This document shows positions 51,201 to 64,000 of a stretch of DNA of 64,000 bases, piece by piece (the stretch's first letter is position 1; each line of letters opens with the position of its first letter). The notes below the pieces were generated by a model. The model was not told the DNA's origin and ran no database searches. It saw only the letters and a list, made by a program, of their open reading frames with translations. Origin of the DNA: Lingula anatina (lineage: Eukaryota > Animalia > Brachiopoda); contig CM120646.1 of NCBI GenBank assembly GCA_051362555.1, forward strand, positions 13,454,001 to 13,518,000, in the 5' to 3' direction. Position numbers and translations under genes: made by a program.

Positions 51201-54200
51201 ACCTATATGTACCCAGTACATACAGTACTTGTGAATATACGCACTCGGTACATGTAGGTATATTTAAAGGGATAACAACTGTTCATTTTGGCAAAAATGA
51301 ATTTTCCTGGGGTAAACAACAATTTTCTCATACTTACCAATGATTAATAAATCCATTTTTATATTCAAAGTTAGTCCCTGTTTTTTTTTCTATTTTTTTT
51401 TTTTTTTTTTTTTTGGTAATAATCTCCTAAGAGATTATTAAATAATATAGCCATCTGTGGAGGTCACGTGGTCGGATGGTAAGCACATATTTCAGATTTA
51501 TTGCTATAACTTTCGTTTTTGTGGTAAAATAGAATATATTGTATTTCTATGAGTTGTTTACAATGTATTTATTGAGAAATATAGATCTCATACGAAGGGT
51601 TGTTATCCCTTTAAATATACGACTATGCTATTTATGTATACCCCTATATTTAATTGATAACAGTGCCGCAATATAACGTCATGCACCTTCGAAGTGAACA
51701 AAATTTTGAAGTAGCTCAAAAGCGACGCATGGCATTTGTTATTAACTATCTAACGTACGGTAAATCAGTTGTCTTTGTCGTGACATTTGCTAATGCTTTG
51801 CATGAGGTTCTCATTTGCGATCTTCCAATTTATTTAAACCGCTTTCGATCAGGAACTAAGTAGTCATTTAACTTCAATCAACAGCTAATATTGTAATTGT
51901 TTACCCCAAAAATTTCGGTGTCTGCCTATAGAATATATTCATCAGAGAATGAGGTTATCCTGGGGAATAGTGTCTATCCAAGAAATATATTTGCCCCTTC
52001 ACCCTTTTACTGCCTTAATACTATCCTGGATAAAGGCTTTCCACATTCTCATTCCCCGATGAAGATGCTTTAGACAGATATCGAAACATTAGAAATAATT
52101 AAAAGATAACAATATTAGCTGTTGATTGAAGAAAAAATTACTACTTTGTTATTGTAACATAACACAGCTGATGAAATTCTTCTCTGACGCTTTTGTCTAC
52201 CCTGAAACGCCCAGACTGTTGCTATGCGATAATGAATGCTTTGATTTGTCCAGTAGTGGGAATTCACAAAGGAGAAAACAATTAAATCTAGTACTGAACT
52301 GTAATGCAACGACGATCCAACTTTGTAATCGATACGACTAATCTTCAGTTGATGATCGGCGGGATGTCGATTGCAGCGTTTGATCTTTGCTGAGTTATCT
52401 TTTCTTCCTCTGTGACTCTTTCCTTAATTACGCTGCCATTTGAATATAGCTAATAGATATGCAGTCCATTTGTAACCGCGATACCATTACGGTACATAAC
52501 TGCACCCCTACGTCTTTGTTCCTATGGGAAACATTATTTTTACAGGAGCAGGTGTTATGAATATATAGACCATAGAATATGTATCATGAAAAAAACTGTT
52601 ACTTTGTCCCGATATTTATCAACGATATCTTTTGAATAATTTACCAAAGGAACACATCCGGATCGATGCGAACGCCATGAGTGGATTGCCAAAATGAATA
52701 AAAAAGTGTTATATCATCATCGTCTAGCTGCTTAACTGTAGGCTTATCTTTAACAAAGATCTCATTTATTCTGATCTATGCTTATTTTGGTACACAAAAA
52801 CAGTGTTCTGTGTCAAATGCATCCAAGACAAACCCATTCAATCGTGCCAGTAATATACATGTAAATCGCTATCGAATGATAGAAAGACATACTGAGTCGT
52901 TATTTATTAATTTATACTTATTGAACTTATCAGGCAGCGTACCTGGCCCAAAAAGGTCAATTACAACTGCATAAAGGATGCCAGCCGTCCTTTTGGAATG
53001 TTGAAGTAGACAAGCAATTTTTGAAACACCCGGTATAGACAATGTACTATCTCAGATAAGGATATTAATCTTGTCTCCATATCCGCTGAATATCCATCCG
53101 CCACTTTTTAAAGTTGCCTATCGATTGTATTTTCTTCGGGCCCTTAATGCGTGGTTAATAGAAACCTACTGATGCCACTTAGCGGCAATGAAAATAATCT
53201 GGATCCCTAAATTGATATTTTGCGACATGTTTTGACTGTTCCATAATAAAAGAACAATTCTAAGAGTCATTTGGATGCATTATATCCACATCAAGAGAGA
53301 TAAATAGTAGAGACTCTCTCTCTTTTTCCGTCTCTGTCTGTCAGATCTCTCACAACTAATGTTTTAAACCGTTTCTGGAAAGTAGATCAAAACCGAAGTG
53401 GAAGAATAAAATGGTGTAATCAGTGAACCGATACCGATTTAATGTACATAGTGCCATAAACCAACACTAGGTTTACCTTGCTAACTTAATTAGCCAAAAT
53501 CATAAATGAAAAAAAAAAAAAAAACAAATCCACCATCTTGTCAAAAAGAGCGCTTTTCTGTGAAGGATCGATAATTTATTTACAGATTATTACAGTATTT
53601 ACTGGACTAAAACTGCCGCAGAGATTATTGCTCATGAGGACAGCTTTTAGAGACGCCACTTCTCGGTGAAAGCTTTCTCTTTTTCTGAAATAGCATGGCG
53701 AATAACTTTACTAAGTTTTTAGTGAGTTTTTCTGTGCATCAGTAAAAGATGGATTACAGGAAATGTGTGGCACTGAGATCTATGTTTTATTAAGCGGCAT
53801 GTGCTTTTTGTTCTATGTTTGTTATGCATTATCAACACGCTTGCCCCTAGGCATTTAAATGTAGTTTATAAAGCAACAGATGATGTGTGTATGTCATTCA
53901 CTATGCAATGCATAGGATTGAGTGTATAGCTACATACACTCCGTATACTACAAGAATAACTACCTTAGGTTGGATCACTAAAATCATATTGAAATATTTT
54001 CATTCATATGTCTGTGTCTACTTGCTTTTCAACTGCTAATGAACAAAACCTTTCATCAATTTGATGGAGGGACCACCAAGAGGTACCAATAAACTGAAAC
54101 TGACCTGCAAGAGACAGCTCTTGACCAGTCGACGACCGTCAAAATTCTTGATCATGTATCGACATATTATATTATATTATATTATATTATATTATATTAT

Positions 54201-57200
54201 ATTATATTATATTATATTATATTATATTATGAAATTTAAAAAAGAACTTAAGGCAATTAAATCTATGCACAGTCAATGCCTACGTTGTATCTTTAAAAAG
54301 TAACTGCATGAGCAACCAGAGATTTTAGCACTCATTTGACAGCGAAACTCTTTTTAATTTTTCGAAGCTGAATCTCTGTAGAATTTGTTTGAAAAGAGTA
54401 CGGGTTTTGTACAATTATTAAAAACCAGTACACGAGCTTTTGCATATCTCTGTGTTCCTTTGTTGAAGCAACACACTTTACTTTGTATAAGTATATCCAA
54501 GCCAGCAAACATTTGCCGTAGGATTAATTATATAAGCCAAAGCTAATGGAAATACAGTGTCCTCATCACGGACTTTGAAGCGAAAGGATGTACATTGTAT
54601 GGCTTATCTCTTGGGACAAATTACACTGAAAAAGGCTTGTAGGAAATTAGAGAGAAGATACACATGGACGGCCCTAATCAAACTGATTAAAATTGAAATC
54701 CCTGTAGACTCGAGATAATGCCGTGCTTTAATTCGGCGAGCGTTTCGCAGGGATCGTTTTTATATGGTCAATGACCTCTTAATTGTCATGACAAGTGGTA
54801 AGCATATTATAGATAACTGTAGTTTATGTTATGTTGTCTATAAAATTGTTTTTATGTCCATATAGCTAGTTTACAACAAATTCCGGTTGTATTTTAAGCG
54901 TCCAGCCTATATAACAACGTAAACTCAAATTACGCCGCATATAATCAAAACCAAGAGGAAATACGGAAGACACTGGAATATGTAAAACACTAGATGGTAG
55001 CTACACGAGTATGTTGTATATTACTAACTCGTGCAGTTAAGAAAGTGTACACTTTACGGTAATTTCCATTTAATCTAATGTTCAAGGTTCTAAGTTTTTC
55101 AAGTCGCTGTAAATATACTAAATATCCGTACGGTGGGTATGGCAGAGCAATCCTATATACCTTGTCCTCAAAACGAAGTTTTCAGGACATCATCGACTAT
55201 TATCAGGAATATTATTATTTTGAACATAAAAGGACACTCGACAAGGGAAATGAAAGACGTACTTAAATATCTAGTTTTATTGTTTCTCGTAATTGTCAAA
55301 ACTCATTGGAAATAATAGAAAAGCAACATTTGTTGATAATGCACACAATGTATTTACCGTGAGGCTGTAGGAGGAAACAACACTTATTTGTATTACTGCA
55401 GTTTCCATGATATGCTAATTAATAAACCACTAGTTTTCAAAATGCCCGATGGTCATATATATAGTTCTAGACATACAAGCGTACGTAGAAACTGACATTT
55501 ATTGCATAATTTGAAGAATCGCTTTCCAACTACAGATTCTTTTTTCTATCGTTCAGCGTATTGAGGGCGAAATGCCATCCATGTATCATACGCTATCCAA
55601 CATTTTATCTGTCACGCCATACATACGGCTTAAATGGAAGAGGGCTGATCTGCCCTGGCTAGTCGCCAGTCACGAGATCCCAAGGCAAGGAATAACGCAT
55701 ACCACCATATGCATTAAAATGGGTGCCTTTTATCTCTTCACCTATCAATCAAATTTTAAGGAATCCAATTTTTATGCATTCAACTCGACATGGTGGACTT
55801 CGTTTTCTTTATCTGAATCAAAAAAAATACAATTTTGATTTAATGGCCATGATATAGCGCGTTTGCTACCTGTTTGAAGGCAGATGTTTTCTGTGGGAAG
55901 TGATTACTCTTTACCTAGCGTTAAGACCTTGGTTCTTCGATCGCTGCGGCTAGGTGTGGTTGTGTAACAAAATCGTCTCAGTGTAACTAGATTTTCATAA
56001 AAGCCTTTATCTTTCATTTGGGTTATGATTGGTTTCAGCGCGGAAGGACGTGAACTTGTCAAGGAAAATGAAAGCAGTACTTAGATGCCTACGCATAGAG
56101 CTATTTTAATAATCAAAAGCCAGCGAGAATAATAGAAAAACAATAACCCTTTTATCCTTTTATACTTGTACGGAAATGTCAATTTGCGAAACAAAATGGA
56201 GTGAGGTAATATTGGTGGGCCTTCCCTTTTTATTTCCTGTATTTGCTAAAAAATCAATGCGTGCAATAAAATAACACACCAATAAATGACAGAGCAACAT
56301 GGACGTTACTTTGACATTCAAACATTTTTAAATTGGTAACACATTTTTAACCTATTGCCCAATTAACAAATTGTTGATGCCAATCAAAACAATTAATACC
56401 CTTTGATTTTGACAAAAAGGCGGATGCATCTATTTTATCAAGTCAAATTGATATACCTCTTCGTCGATCGTCACCCATTCTGAGATATCCTGTTTTGCTG
56501 ACAATACATGAACGACTTCCAATTTACAACACACTAAAATAAAATAAATGTTTTCTGTAGATCCATCTGTTCCGACATCTGCTTCCGCCATGTTTCCGTT
56601 TTAACCAATTAGGCCACAATTATTGTCTTTGAACGAAGTCATTTCAGCGTGGAAAGGCCTCGGTCATGATCTCTAAATCTTCTGGGTCTTCACGCAATAT
56701 AATGGCCTTGTTCAAAGTCAACCCGTGATTTAATTGCTTGTTAAGTCACAGTAAAAACTGATTAAAAAGTGTGAGTTCACGCCCTTAACTTTTTACATGT
56801 TAACTTTGTTGTCTTGAGTCGTTAAGCACTTTCTGCTTCCTACCACAACCCAAAAGAAAAGCCGAAAAGGCAATGTTGAGGTTCGTTTTAAAGGTCGTTT
56901 TGCACCATTTGTGCTGCTTGTATAACCATCAATTTCACCCTGAGATTCTATTTAGGCAGAAATTAAGTCATTTGCTTTAGAAAGCATTTCACAAAACTAG
57001 AACCAAAATAATTAATATTTAAAACAAAGATTTAATTTGTGCTGTCGCTTAAATTTCAACTTTTTACAATTACGTAAAACCAGCGGAGTACCTTGTGAAA
57101 TAAATGTATGGTCGCCAAATGTTTTTTTAATTTAGATTTTAAGTAAGATCTTAAATAATGAATGCCGTCAGACAGGCGTAAAACTTTCTGAACAAATTTT

Positions 57201-60200
57201 GGCACATGGTACTGGTATCGTTTCAGATTGTGGCAGTGGACCGGAGCGTTCCAAAGCCACCCAGGCATGGGACTACTTTGACTTGGTCAAAAGAAGCAGC
57301 TGCCGCACAGTCAAAGAGAGCGGGTTGACCAGACTGCCCATTGACTTTGACCACTCTTCGTGGCGACCCATGGCCAATGTTGCCTTAAAAACGGCAAACT
57401 ATATATCGGCTCTGTTAGCCCGGCATAATAACACCGTGGACGACTTTCTCACTGACGACGTCCTTTTCTCTCTTGTAGAGAGCAACGTGGAAAGTAATGT
57501 GAGGATATTTGGCTCTTGCGTCGCTTGGGACAGGTACTTTTACCGCCAGAAGAATGCGTTTGCGCCATATGCACATCGAGAAAATGGAACCATTGTGCTA
57601 CATGATCTCATTGCCAACTACAATTATTTCAGTAATGACTACGAATGGTTCCTTGAGCTAAAGAAGAAGGCAGCTAATTACAGGAACACGGTCAATATCA
57701 GCACTAGTATATTAAACCTAAGGTACGGCGACTGCCTTGTTAAATTAATATCCAATGAAATGAGGTTGTCATGAGAAATACTCAAAAAAGTCAGAAAACA
57801 CGTTATAAAATCAATACATTTTACTTTTCCTTGGACATATTCATTAAAATAAGATTATACAAATACACAAAGATGAGAAATGATGCAGATAAAATTAACA
57901 AAAATATTAAATGATATAAACAAATTTTCATGGAGGCAGTAAAAAGAAAACCACTTAGGTAAACTACAGAGGGTATTGTTTATTGTTTTTAGGTCCGGGG
58001 CCACCGTGACACATAAAGCACTAGCAGATTATACCGATGGGCACTGGACACGGCCGTATTACGACTGCGGCGGTGGCGACATCTGGATGGTGACGTATTC
58101 AGCACCAATATTAACACTGGAGACCAATGGCACAATATTGTTCAGGTATACATTTAGTTCAAGTGTTTTATCATTATTATGAAAATTTAGGGAGCACATA
58201 ATGCCATCGTGATTTGCATTCTATTCATTCTCTTAAATATAAACTCTGTACTAAACCAGGACGGAGAAGTCGGAGGTGACGTCACGGAAATCAAAACGTC
58301 ACCAAAGCAACATCGGAGAAACGGTGTGATACGCCTTAATTTCCACACGATTGCTCCAGTTATCAATTTATATCCATGTGGCAATACTTGAATAGGATAG
58401 GATATTATAATTGCACAGATACCGTTGCTTTTCTTAGACATTATTCAGTTACTGGCACATGTATTCAAATGCTCCGATAATGACTCCTGTTGCCATATCC
58501 CTGCCAAAATCTTATTTCATAATACAGACATTTCGTCTCATGTTTATGTACACAGCGAGTTATAATGGAGTGGTGATCAACCGTATATTTCTGTTACTTT
58601 GCATATTTCTACTTTTTGTATAAAGTCTGGACTTAAAATATCACTTGTGTTAATCACTAATGGCTATATTTCTGTCCCCTTTTGTAAAAGCGCAACTGTC
58701 TTGTCGAATGGAATAAATATCTGTTATTGGACGTAGGCTCCAGGTAGGAGGGGGTCTGGGCGGTTTACCCTGGTACATGTAGATATCATTAATAAATGTT
58801 TTGGAGGGGGATCTTTATATCGTGTGACTGTATCCTTTTTACTGGACTATCAGAGGTCTCTTACTTATCTTTTAGTCAACGTACAACAGCTAGCTTGCAT
58901 ACATGCACAGCATTGAAGGCCTTCCATCGACACCTCCAACCCCAAATCCCCACCCCCCACCCCCACCACCACCACCCCTCATCCATTTCCTCAGCCTATA
59001 CGGCCCTGTAATTTTTTTTACACCGTGATACAGTTAGTCTCATTCATCAAAATTTATAATTACTTTACGTCTAAGCACACCAACCAATTTATAAAAGCAA
59101 TAAGCACGAACGCAGCAATCTTGATAACAATTTTCAAAACAGTGCAAGGAAGATGAATTCTATGAATCAAGCGTTAGCTGTCACAGTGAACAACCATAGC
59201 GTGTCGAACGCCCTCAATGATGAATACAAATAGCAATCTTCAAACCTCTACTGAGCTTTCATGCCGCACATTTTAGGATTGCATGGTGACTTAGACCTGT
59301 TGGACAACAAGTACACAACTCTCAATTGGCCACAGACTGATTTAACACTAGATACCCACAGAAATGTCTCTGGCGAGTTCTTTACGCAATTCTCTGCTGA
59401 GTCCAGCGAGAATTTTGACATGGAATTACTGCGATATCGGTCAGCTGACTTCTAGCATAGAGTGAACATTGTATAATTGGTCGACAGGGGAAAGTTGTCT
59501 CTGTAGATCAGTTTCGCGTCCCGTCCCCCTACCCTCATCCGTCACCTTCTGAATGTGTCCAATATAAGCACTTTATCTTAGCTCTAACAGCATCATCTTG
59601 TCACGTTTGTGGTGACGTTAGGGAATATAGAATTTATGGCATATCGGTATATAGCATGTGTGCTCCGAGATTAATGCTATACATGTCAGTTGATTAAAGT
59701 AATGACACTGCATGGACACTGATGTCCACCCTGCATATCAAGGCTGGGTATAGATACAACAGGAGTGCCTTCCTTTAGTCTACTTGGGCATTGTTGAAAT
59801 ATGACGCTCGTGATAATTTTATTCAAAACACGGCGATGGTATCCAGGGTGTTGGTGTACTCCCACGGTATTGTTATTAGTCTAATGAAGATTATCAACCT
59901 CACACAACGGGTGTCCATCCAGTGTATCATTTCGTTAAGCACAATTACTGGTAGTGCAGAGTGCTAATTGTGTATTAATGAAGGCCTGTTTCTGTAAACG
60001 CACTTCAAAATGGTGGAGAAAGCATTAACTGGGCCATAGATTTTCACAAAAAGTTTAATACTGGAAACGTATGTACCGGTACAGTTGTGATTGCAGGTTT
60101 TTTTCAACATACATGAAATCCTTCCGTTGTTATGTGGGGATGTGTAGAGTCTCAACCTCAAATCAAATCAATAATATGCAATACCATTTTTATATTCTAA

Positions 60201-60368
60201 TCTCATTTAACATAATCTGTTTATTTTAGGGGTCTGGCAACCATTGACATCGACCTGACGTTTTTTGACGTGAACCAGTGCGACTGCGACCAGAACGAGA
60301 CCACGGGTGATGACAGGCACTTCGCCAACGTTTTCCGGGGAACACATAAATGTTCACCAACAACAAAA
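42214..60368 (+). CDS. GPR158/GPR179-like (CG31760-type) class C GPCR, 5' exons encoding the extracellular Cache region; continues beyond window
   Basis: Exons 57227-57722, 57993-58145 and 60230-60368 are phase-consistent and encode ALKTANYISALL, IFGSCVAWDRY..FAPYAHR, YEWF, GHWTRPYYDCGGGDIWMVTYSAPI and IDIDL..DVNQC...FRGTHKC, motifs typical of the GPR158 family. The candidate signal-peptide exon 42214-42313 (MDKMENPPTMLVLVVLGFSVFSVTPATG, phase-1 donor G/GTAAGT) joins in frame but is less certain. Confidence 0.85.
46278..47253. mobile_element. ~975-bp non-autonomous DNA transposon, ~33-bp TIR, TTA flanks (PIF/Harbinger-like)
   Basis: GGCCGCACTTTTTATTTTTATGGATGACATCCT versus the reverse complement GGCCACACTTTGTAAATTTTATGGATGACATCCT. 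TTA on both sides. Confidence 0.8.
47290..50885. mobile_element. Academ-like non-autonomous DNA transposon (TAG...CTA termini, 3-bp TSD CTA, long TIRs)
   Basis: TAGTCCGGTGGCTTA... / ...TAAGCAACCGGACTA, with >300 bp of high-identity inverted repeat. CTA at 47287-47289 and 50886-50888. TAG/CTA ends with a 3-4 bp TSD fit Academ. No transposase ORF. Confidence 0.85.
48584..49529 (-). mobile_element. Kolobok-like element (TTAA TSD) nested in the Academ-like element, carrying a short coding remnant
   Basis: TTAA at 48580-48583 and 49530-49533. Imperfect TIR AGGACAACTCAG / AGACAGTCTCAG. Minus ORF 49059-49304 includes DRRRSTQTVYVGREVGRWRTLKAELGLTYEAMAKLLLD, ending at a GTGAGT donor. Confidence 0.7.
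51268..51610. mobile_element. Kolobok-type MITE with TTAA TSD
   Basis: TTAA|AGGGATAACAAC ... GTTGTTATCCCT|TTAA. Confidence 0.8.
54163..54229. repeat. (ATATT)n pentanucleotide microsatellite
   Basis: Direct reading. Confidence 0.9.
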
Positions 60369-60596
60369 GTAAGTGCCTTTTGCTGCTGTCATGCGCATCC
60401 GTTCGTTCTCTGTCGTTCTCTATCCAGCAATTATATTGTTATGCATGAAAAACACTTCCCGCTGGCTAGCGTGACTTGGTAATCTTCTTAATTTGATATT
60501 GGGAATGTTTCTCCGCTGGGCACTTGGTTGGGATATTATTGGGCATATTTTTCTAGTCAGTTTATTAATGAGAGGATTTAAAACGGCCTTATCAGG

Positions 60597-60790
60597 CCTG
60601 CTGCAAATTTGCTGCAATATTGCTGCAAACTGCAATTCCTTCTTGCGAATTTGCAGCAAATCTGCTACAATATGGCTGCAAATTACAACTGTAGCAGCAA
60701 GATTTTTTTCTTGCAAACTCCTGCAAACTCATCGCTGCAAACTTTTAGTTTGCCGCAGTATTGCTGCAAATTTTTCATTCTGCTAAGGAA
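60597..60790. repeat. TGC(T/A)GCAA-rich subterminal repeat array, probable one-ended DNA transposon remnant
   Basis: About ten GCTGCAA/GCAGCAA-like motifs within 190 bp. No matching opposite terminus found. Confidence 0.5.
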
Positions 60791-63351
60791 GTCCCTGTGT
60801 AACAGGAATTGCAGACCGCGAGGAGCCGTAGTCCGTTCCCCATTACTTTGTATAGGTGACATTCGTCCCATATACAAACACCAATGCTCCGGCTAACCCT
60901 AACCTGTGCTAATCATATGGGAGCCCGGACTTCCATTACCAGGACTTCCATTTTTTTTTTCACACCGGCTTCAATCGTCAAAAATAATTAGCAAGGAAGA
61001 CAAACGAATATAAACAATAATCGAATCCATCCATCATCAAGACAGGTTATGTCTGCATTGAGTCACCTTAAATATGAGACCACATTTTGTTTAAATGTCA
61101 ATTTAAGTCTGAAATTTCTCGTCAGTATCATAAATGCGAAGTAGCTGATGAGAGGAAATTAAAACGCTCCAAATGTCACCGTGGCATTTTCTTCTTTTTT
61201 CGTAGAATCAAAAGCATGGTGGACTAGAAAATTTCTCCAGGAATTAAGCTTTTAAGTCTCATTATTATTAATCACATAATTGATAGATTGCATGCCACTA
61301 AAATGTTAAGACCGACCTATCTAAAGAAATTTATTCAAATCCGTCCATAGATTTTTGCTAGACTTTTAACTAACAGACCAGAAAACCCACAAAGGCAAAA
61401 ATCTTATCTTGGCGGACCGGAGGTAAAAGAAAAAGACATCTCAATATTTCAGTAAAATGATCCTTTTTGTTTGTTATATCAAATCTCGCTCTACCGCAAT
61501 ACGTTGGCAGACAATTTCCTATAATACATGTACATGTACCAATACATTCATTCGAAGCTTCATTTTAAAGGACGGTAACATTATTTAATAAAAAGTATGA
61601 AACGATGTATTATGTGTAAAATAATACATCTTATATTCATTCCGGGAAATGTGAGTGTGTTGTTTTTTAGAGAAAGGATATACAGATTGGATTAGCCAAA
61701 AGGAATAATTGACGCGGTACAATTAATCAAAACCCATAAAGATGACATACGTGTCAATCTAATCATCTTAAAGTCAGTCCATTGGGTATATCTTTCCATG
61801 CAACCAGAGAAAATCGTGACTGCGCATTTAGCAACGTTGGAACTGGATACCACAACTAGCCTAAGGCTGTGGGGCTGCGGTGAGATGGAGATTGGGGGGG
61901 GGGGGCGGAGTTATCTTGGCATCCTGAGTCGTTACACTTTCCGGGAATCTGACGATGTCCCTTTGTAATGATAGACAGTCTTGAGAAAAAATACAGGTGA
62001 CTGATACATCTTAATGCCATTTGGATACCCATTAGTTAAATAAAGAGCACGTTCACAACAAATTTAGAACCAATGCTGAGCGATAAACATCGAACTCGAT
62101 ATTTTATACTTGGCCAGCGCTATTTCTCCCAATGTATCACATATATTTTGTATTTAAATTGCTGGGCATCCTTCTTTAACTTTTTGTAAATCATGCATCT
62201 CCTGGGGCAACACAAAAAAGGCCACATTTACTGTCGTGGGTTAAACAAGGGACACAAAATTTTACATTAATTTCCAAATAAAGAAACAATAACAATTAAA
62301 TATTGATTTGAAATCTTGCAAAGATAAATGTGGCGACTCTGCGCGGAATAGGTTCAGTGGTGTTATCTGACTGTATGGATGGACTCATATTCAAGAGATG
62401 GACGCATTAACTCTTTATGTATAGGTTCTAGAGCTTTTGATTGATTGGACGTGTTATCCATTGGTTATCCTTTATGAGTTTTAAATTTTTTACAAATTAG
62501 AAAATGACTGTGTCATATAGTAACAAACTGCATGTTTCTATTTTAAAACAATTAATTTATTATGACTGAGACATACAAATGTGAAGGAATCACAAAATGA
62601 CTGCTATTTGAAATAGTGTACTTTAATTCAAATGTCATTTCATTGGAAAACATTTGATCTCTGGTTTAATCTATGAGCTGCATGTCTTGCAGACCAAAAC
62701 AACATATATACTTAACTGGTAAATTTTGGTAGCACTTACACAAAGACTTTTAATGTAATGTTTTATCAAAAGGAAGATGTGTAAACCTGTTTTGCAATAC
62801 ATAAGCGCAATTAACATATATGGGATGACGTAACCCCTAATCGGTATATTAAACGGTTGACTCAAGATTTATTTTTAATGTTTAAATGTCATTGTGACCT
62901 CTAATGAACGCACAGTCAAACGTAAAAGTGCGTCGACAAGTTGTAAATACACAAGATGGAAGCCATAAGCAGTTGCTTACAAGTCAGATGCTTCAACAGA
63001 ATTTTTTCTACAAAATCCAAGGCAGAAGCAATAAGTAAACTTTTTAAAAAGATAGCATTTGTTCTTTATATGGACGCTTCAAATGATTTTTCCGCAATAT
63101 CCATATCGAAACCCATCCGTGAGATATTCTGGTAGTGCTTAGAGGCCCACATTACTCATCTCTATCTGCAACTGGCACATGACACAGTGCATACAGCACA
63201 AGGACGCCATGCAATCATCGCAAATACTTCCCTATAATAAGACAAGGACACGTTTCAATGAAAACCAATCAAAGCTGAGAAAAATAATTTTACATAGCCA
63301 TATATGCATCTGAATGATATAATCCTATTCAGTGATATCAGTAGTGCCCTA

Positions 63352-63950
63352 GGACCTATTCCCATGGCAACTGTCGGTCTACGGGATCTCGCTGAATGCC
63401 ATTTTCCAAACATACTTGCATAATCACCAGGGTCCGGTTTTATAAAGGACGTTTAGCAATAACCAGTGGATAAATTCTCTAAACACTGGTTAACTAAACG
63501 GAGGGTAAAACTGCGTTTTATATACAGCGTTTAAACAGACGGTTAGTTAACGGACGTTTAATTTAATTAACCAGTGTTTAGTTGCTATGAACAACTTATC
63601 CAGACCATATTTGGAAATAAAAGCAGGTTTGCCATTTTTATCCGGCGTTTAAGGAATTTAAACTACCTCCCTCGAGCATATAAATCTAACCAACCGTTAA
63701 GAAGATTTAACCATTGGTTAGTGCTAAACGACGTTTATGAAACCCAGTTAAACGTCATTTAAATTAAACGCTGGATTTAACCGGTGGTTAGTGCTAAACG
63801 TCCTTTATAAAACCGGGTCCAGCTTTTCTGTATACATGTACTACTCAACGCTAGGAGGCATATTGATTTATTAAACTGGTTGAGTTCAGCGAGAGTCCCC
63901 AAGGATTGGATCGATCTACGTAGACCGATAGTTTCCATGGGAATGAGCCC
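63352..63950. mobile_element. MITE with ~30-bp TIR, interrupted by a nested Harbinger-type MITE
   Basis: GGACCTATTCCCATGGCAACTGTCGGTCTACG versus the reverse complement GGGCTCATTCCCATGGAAACTATCGGTCTACG. Confidence 0.75.
63431..63819. mobile_element. PIF/Harbinger-type MITE with CAG TSD
   Basis: CAG|GGTCCGGTTTTATAAAGGACGTTTAGC ... GCTAAACGTCCTTTATAAAACCGGGTC|CAG, with internal TAACC/AAACG repeats. Confidence 0.85.
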
Positions 63951-64000
63951 TAATATTCGAGCCTTACGTTCTATATTACCTGGATATTGTATCTCTCTCG

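Noticed and set aside
54763-54797. Alternative phase-1 first exon MVNDLLIVMTS for the GPR158-like gene
   Set aside because: Too short and weakly hydrophobic for a signal peptide compared with 42214-42313.

Overview
AT-rich, intron-rich eukaryotic (invertebrate animal, plausibly mollusc or other lophotrochozoan; taxon is inference) genomic DNA. Most ORF-track entries are spurious. Manual splicing with phase-consistent junctions gives five genes. (1) Minus strand, ATG 7108, running off the left edge: a secreted proteinase K/aqualysin-type S8 serine protease with at least 14 exons and a Trp/poly-Asn repeat N-terminal extension. (2) Plus strand 12602-23761, 13 exons, 652 aa: a type I membrane VWA7-like protein that lacks the N-terminal half of VWA7 and starts at an RKRR furin site. 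(3) Minus strand 27635-25159, 4 exons, 258 aa: an unassigned secreted, Lys-rich, 10-Cys protein with an RQKR site and a GC-AG intron. (4) 35302-36780: a class A GPCR with an intronless CDS. (5) 42214 onward: the 5' part of a GPR158/179-like class C GPCR. The non-coding DNA is dense in DNA transposons. These include an Academ-like element built of ~177-bp YY1-motif repeats with a nested Kolobok-like element, a 4.2-kb long-TIR element with a nested Tc1 relic, a hairpin MITE family, CAGGG-ended elements with 5-bp TSDs, and microsatellites. No prokaryotic features or CRISPR arrays were seen.
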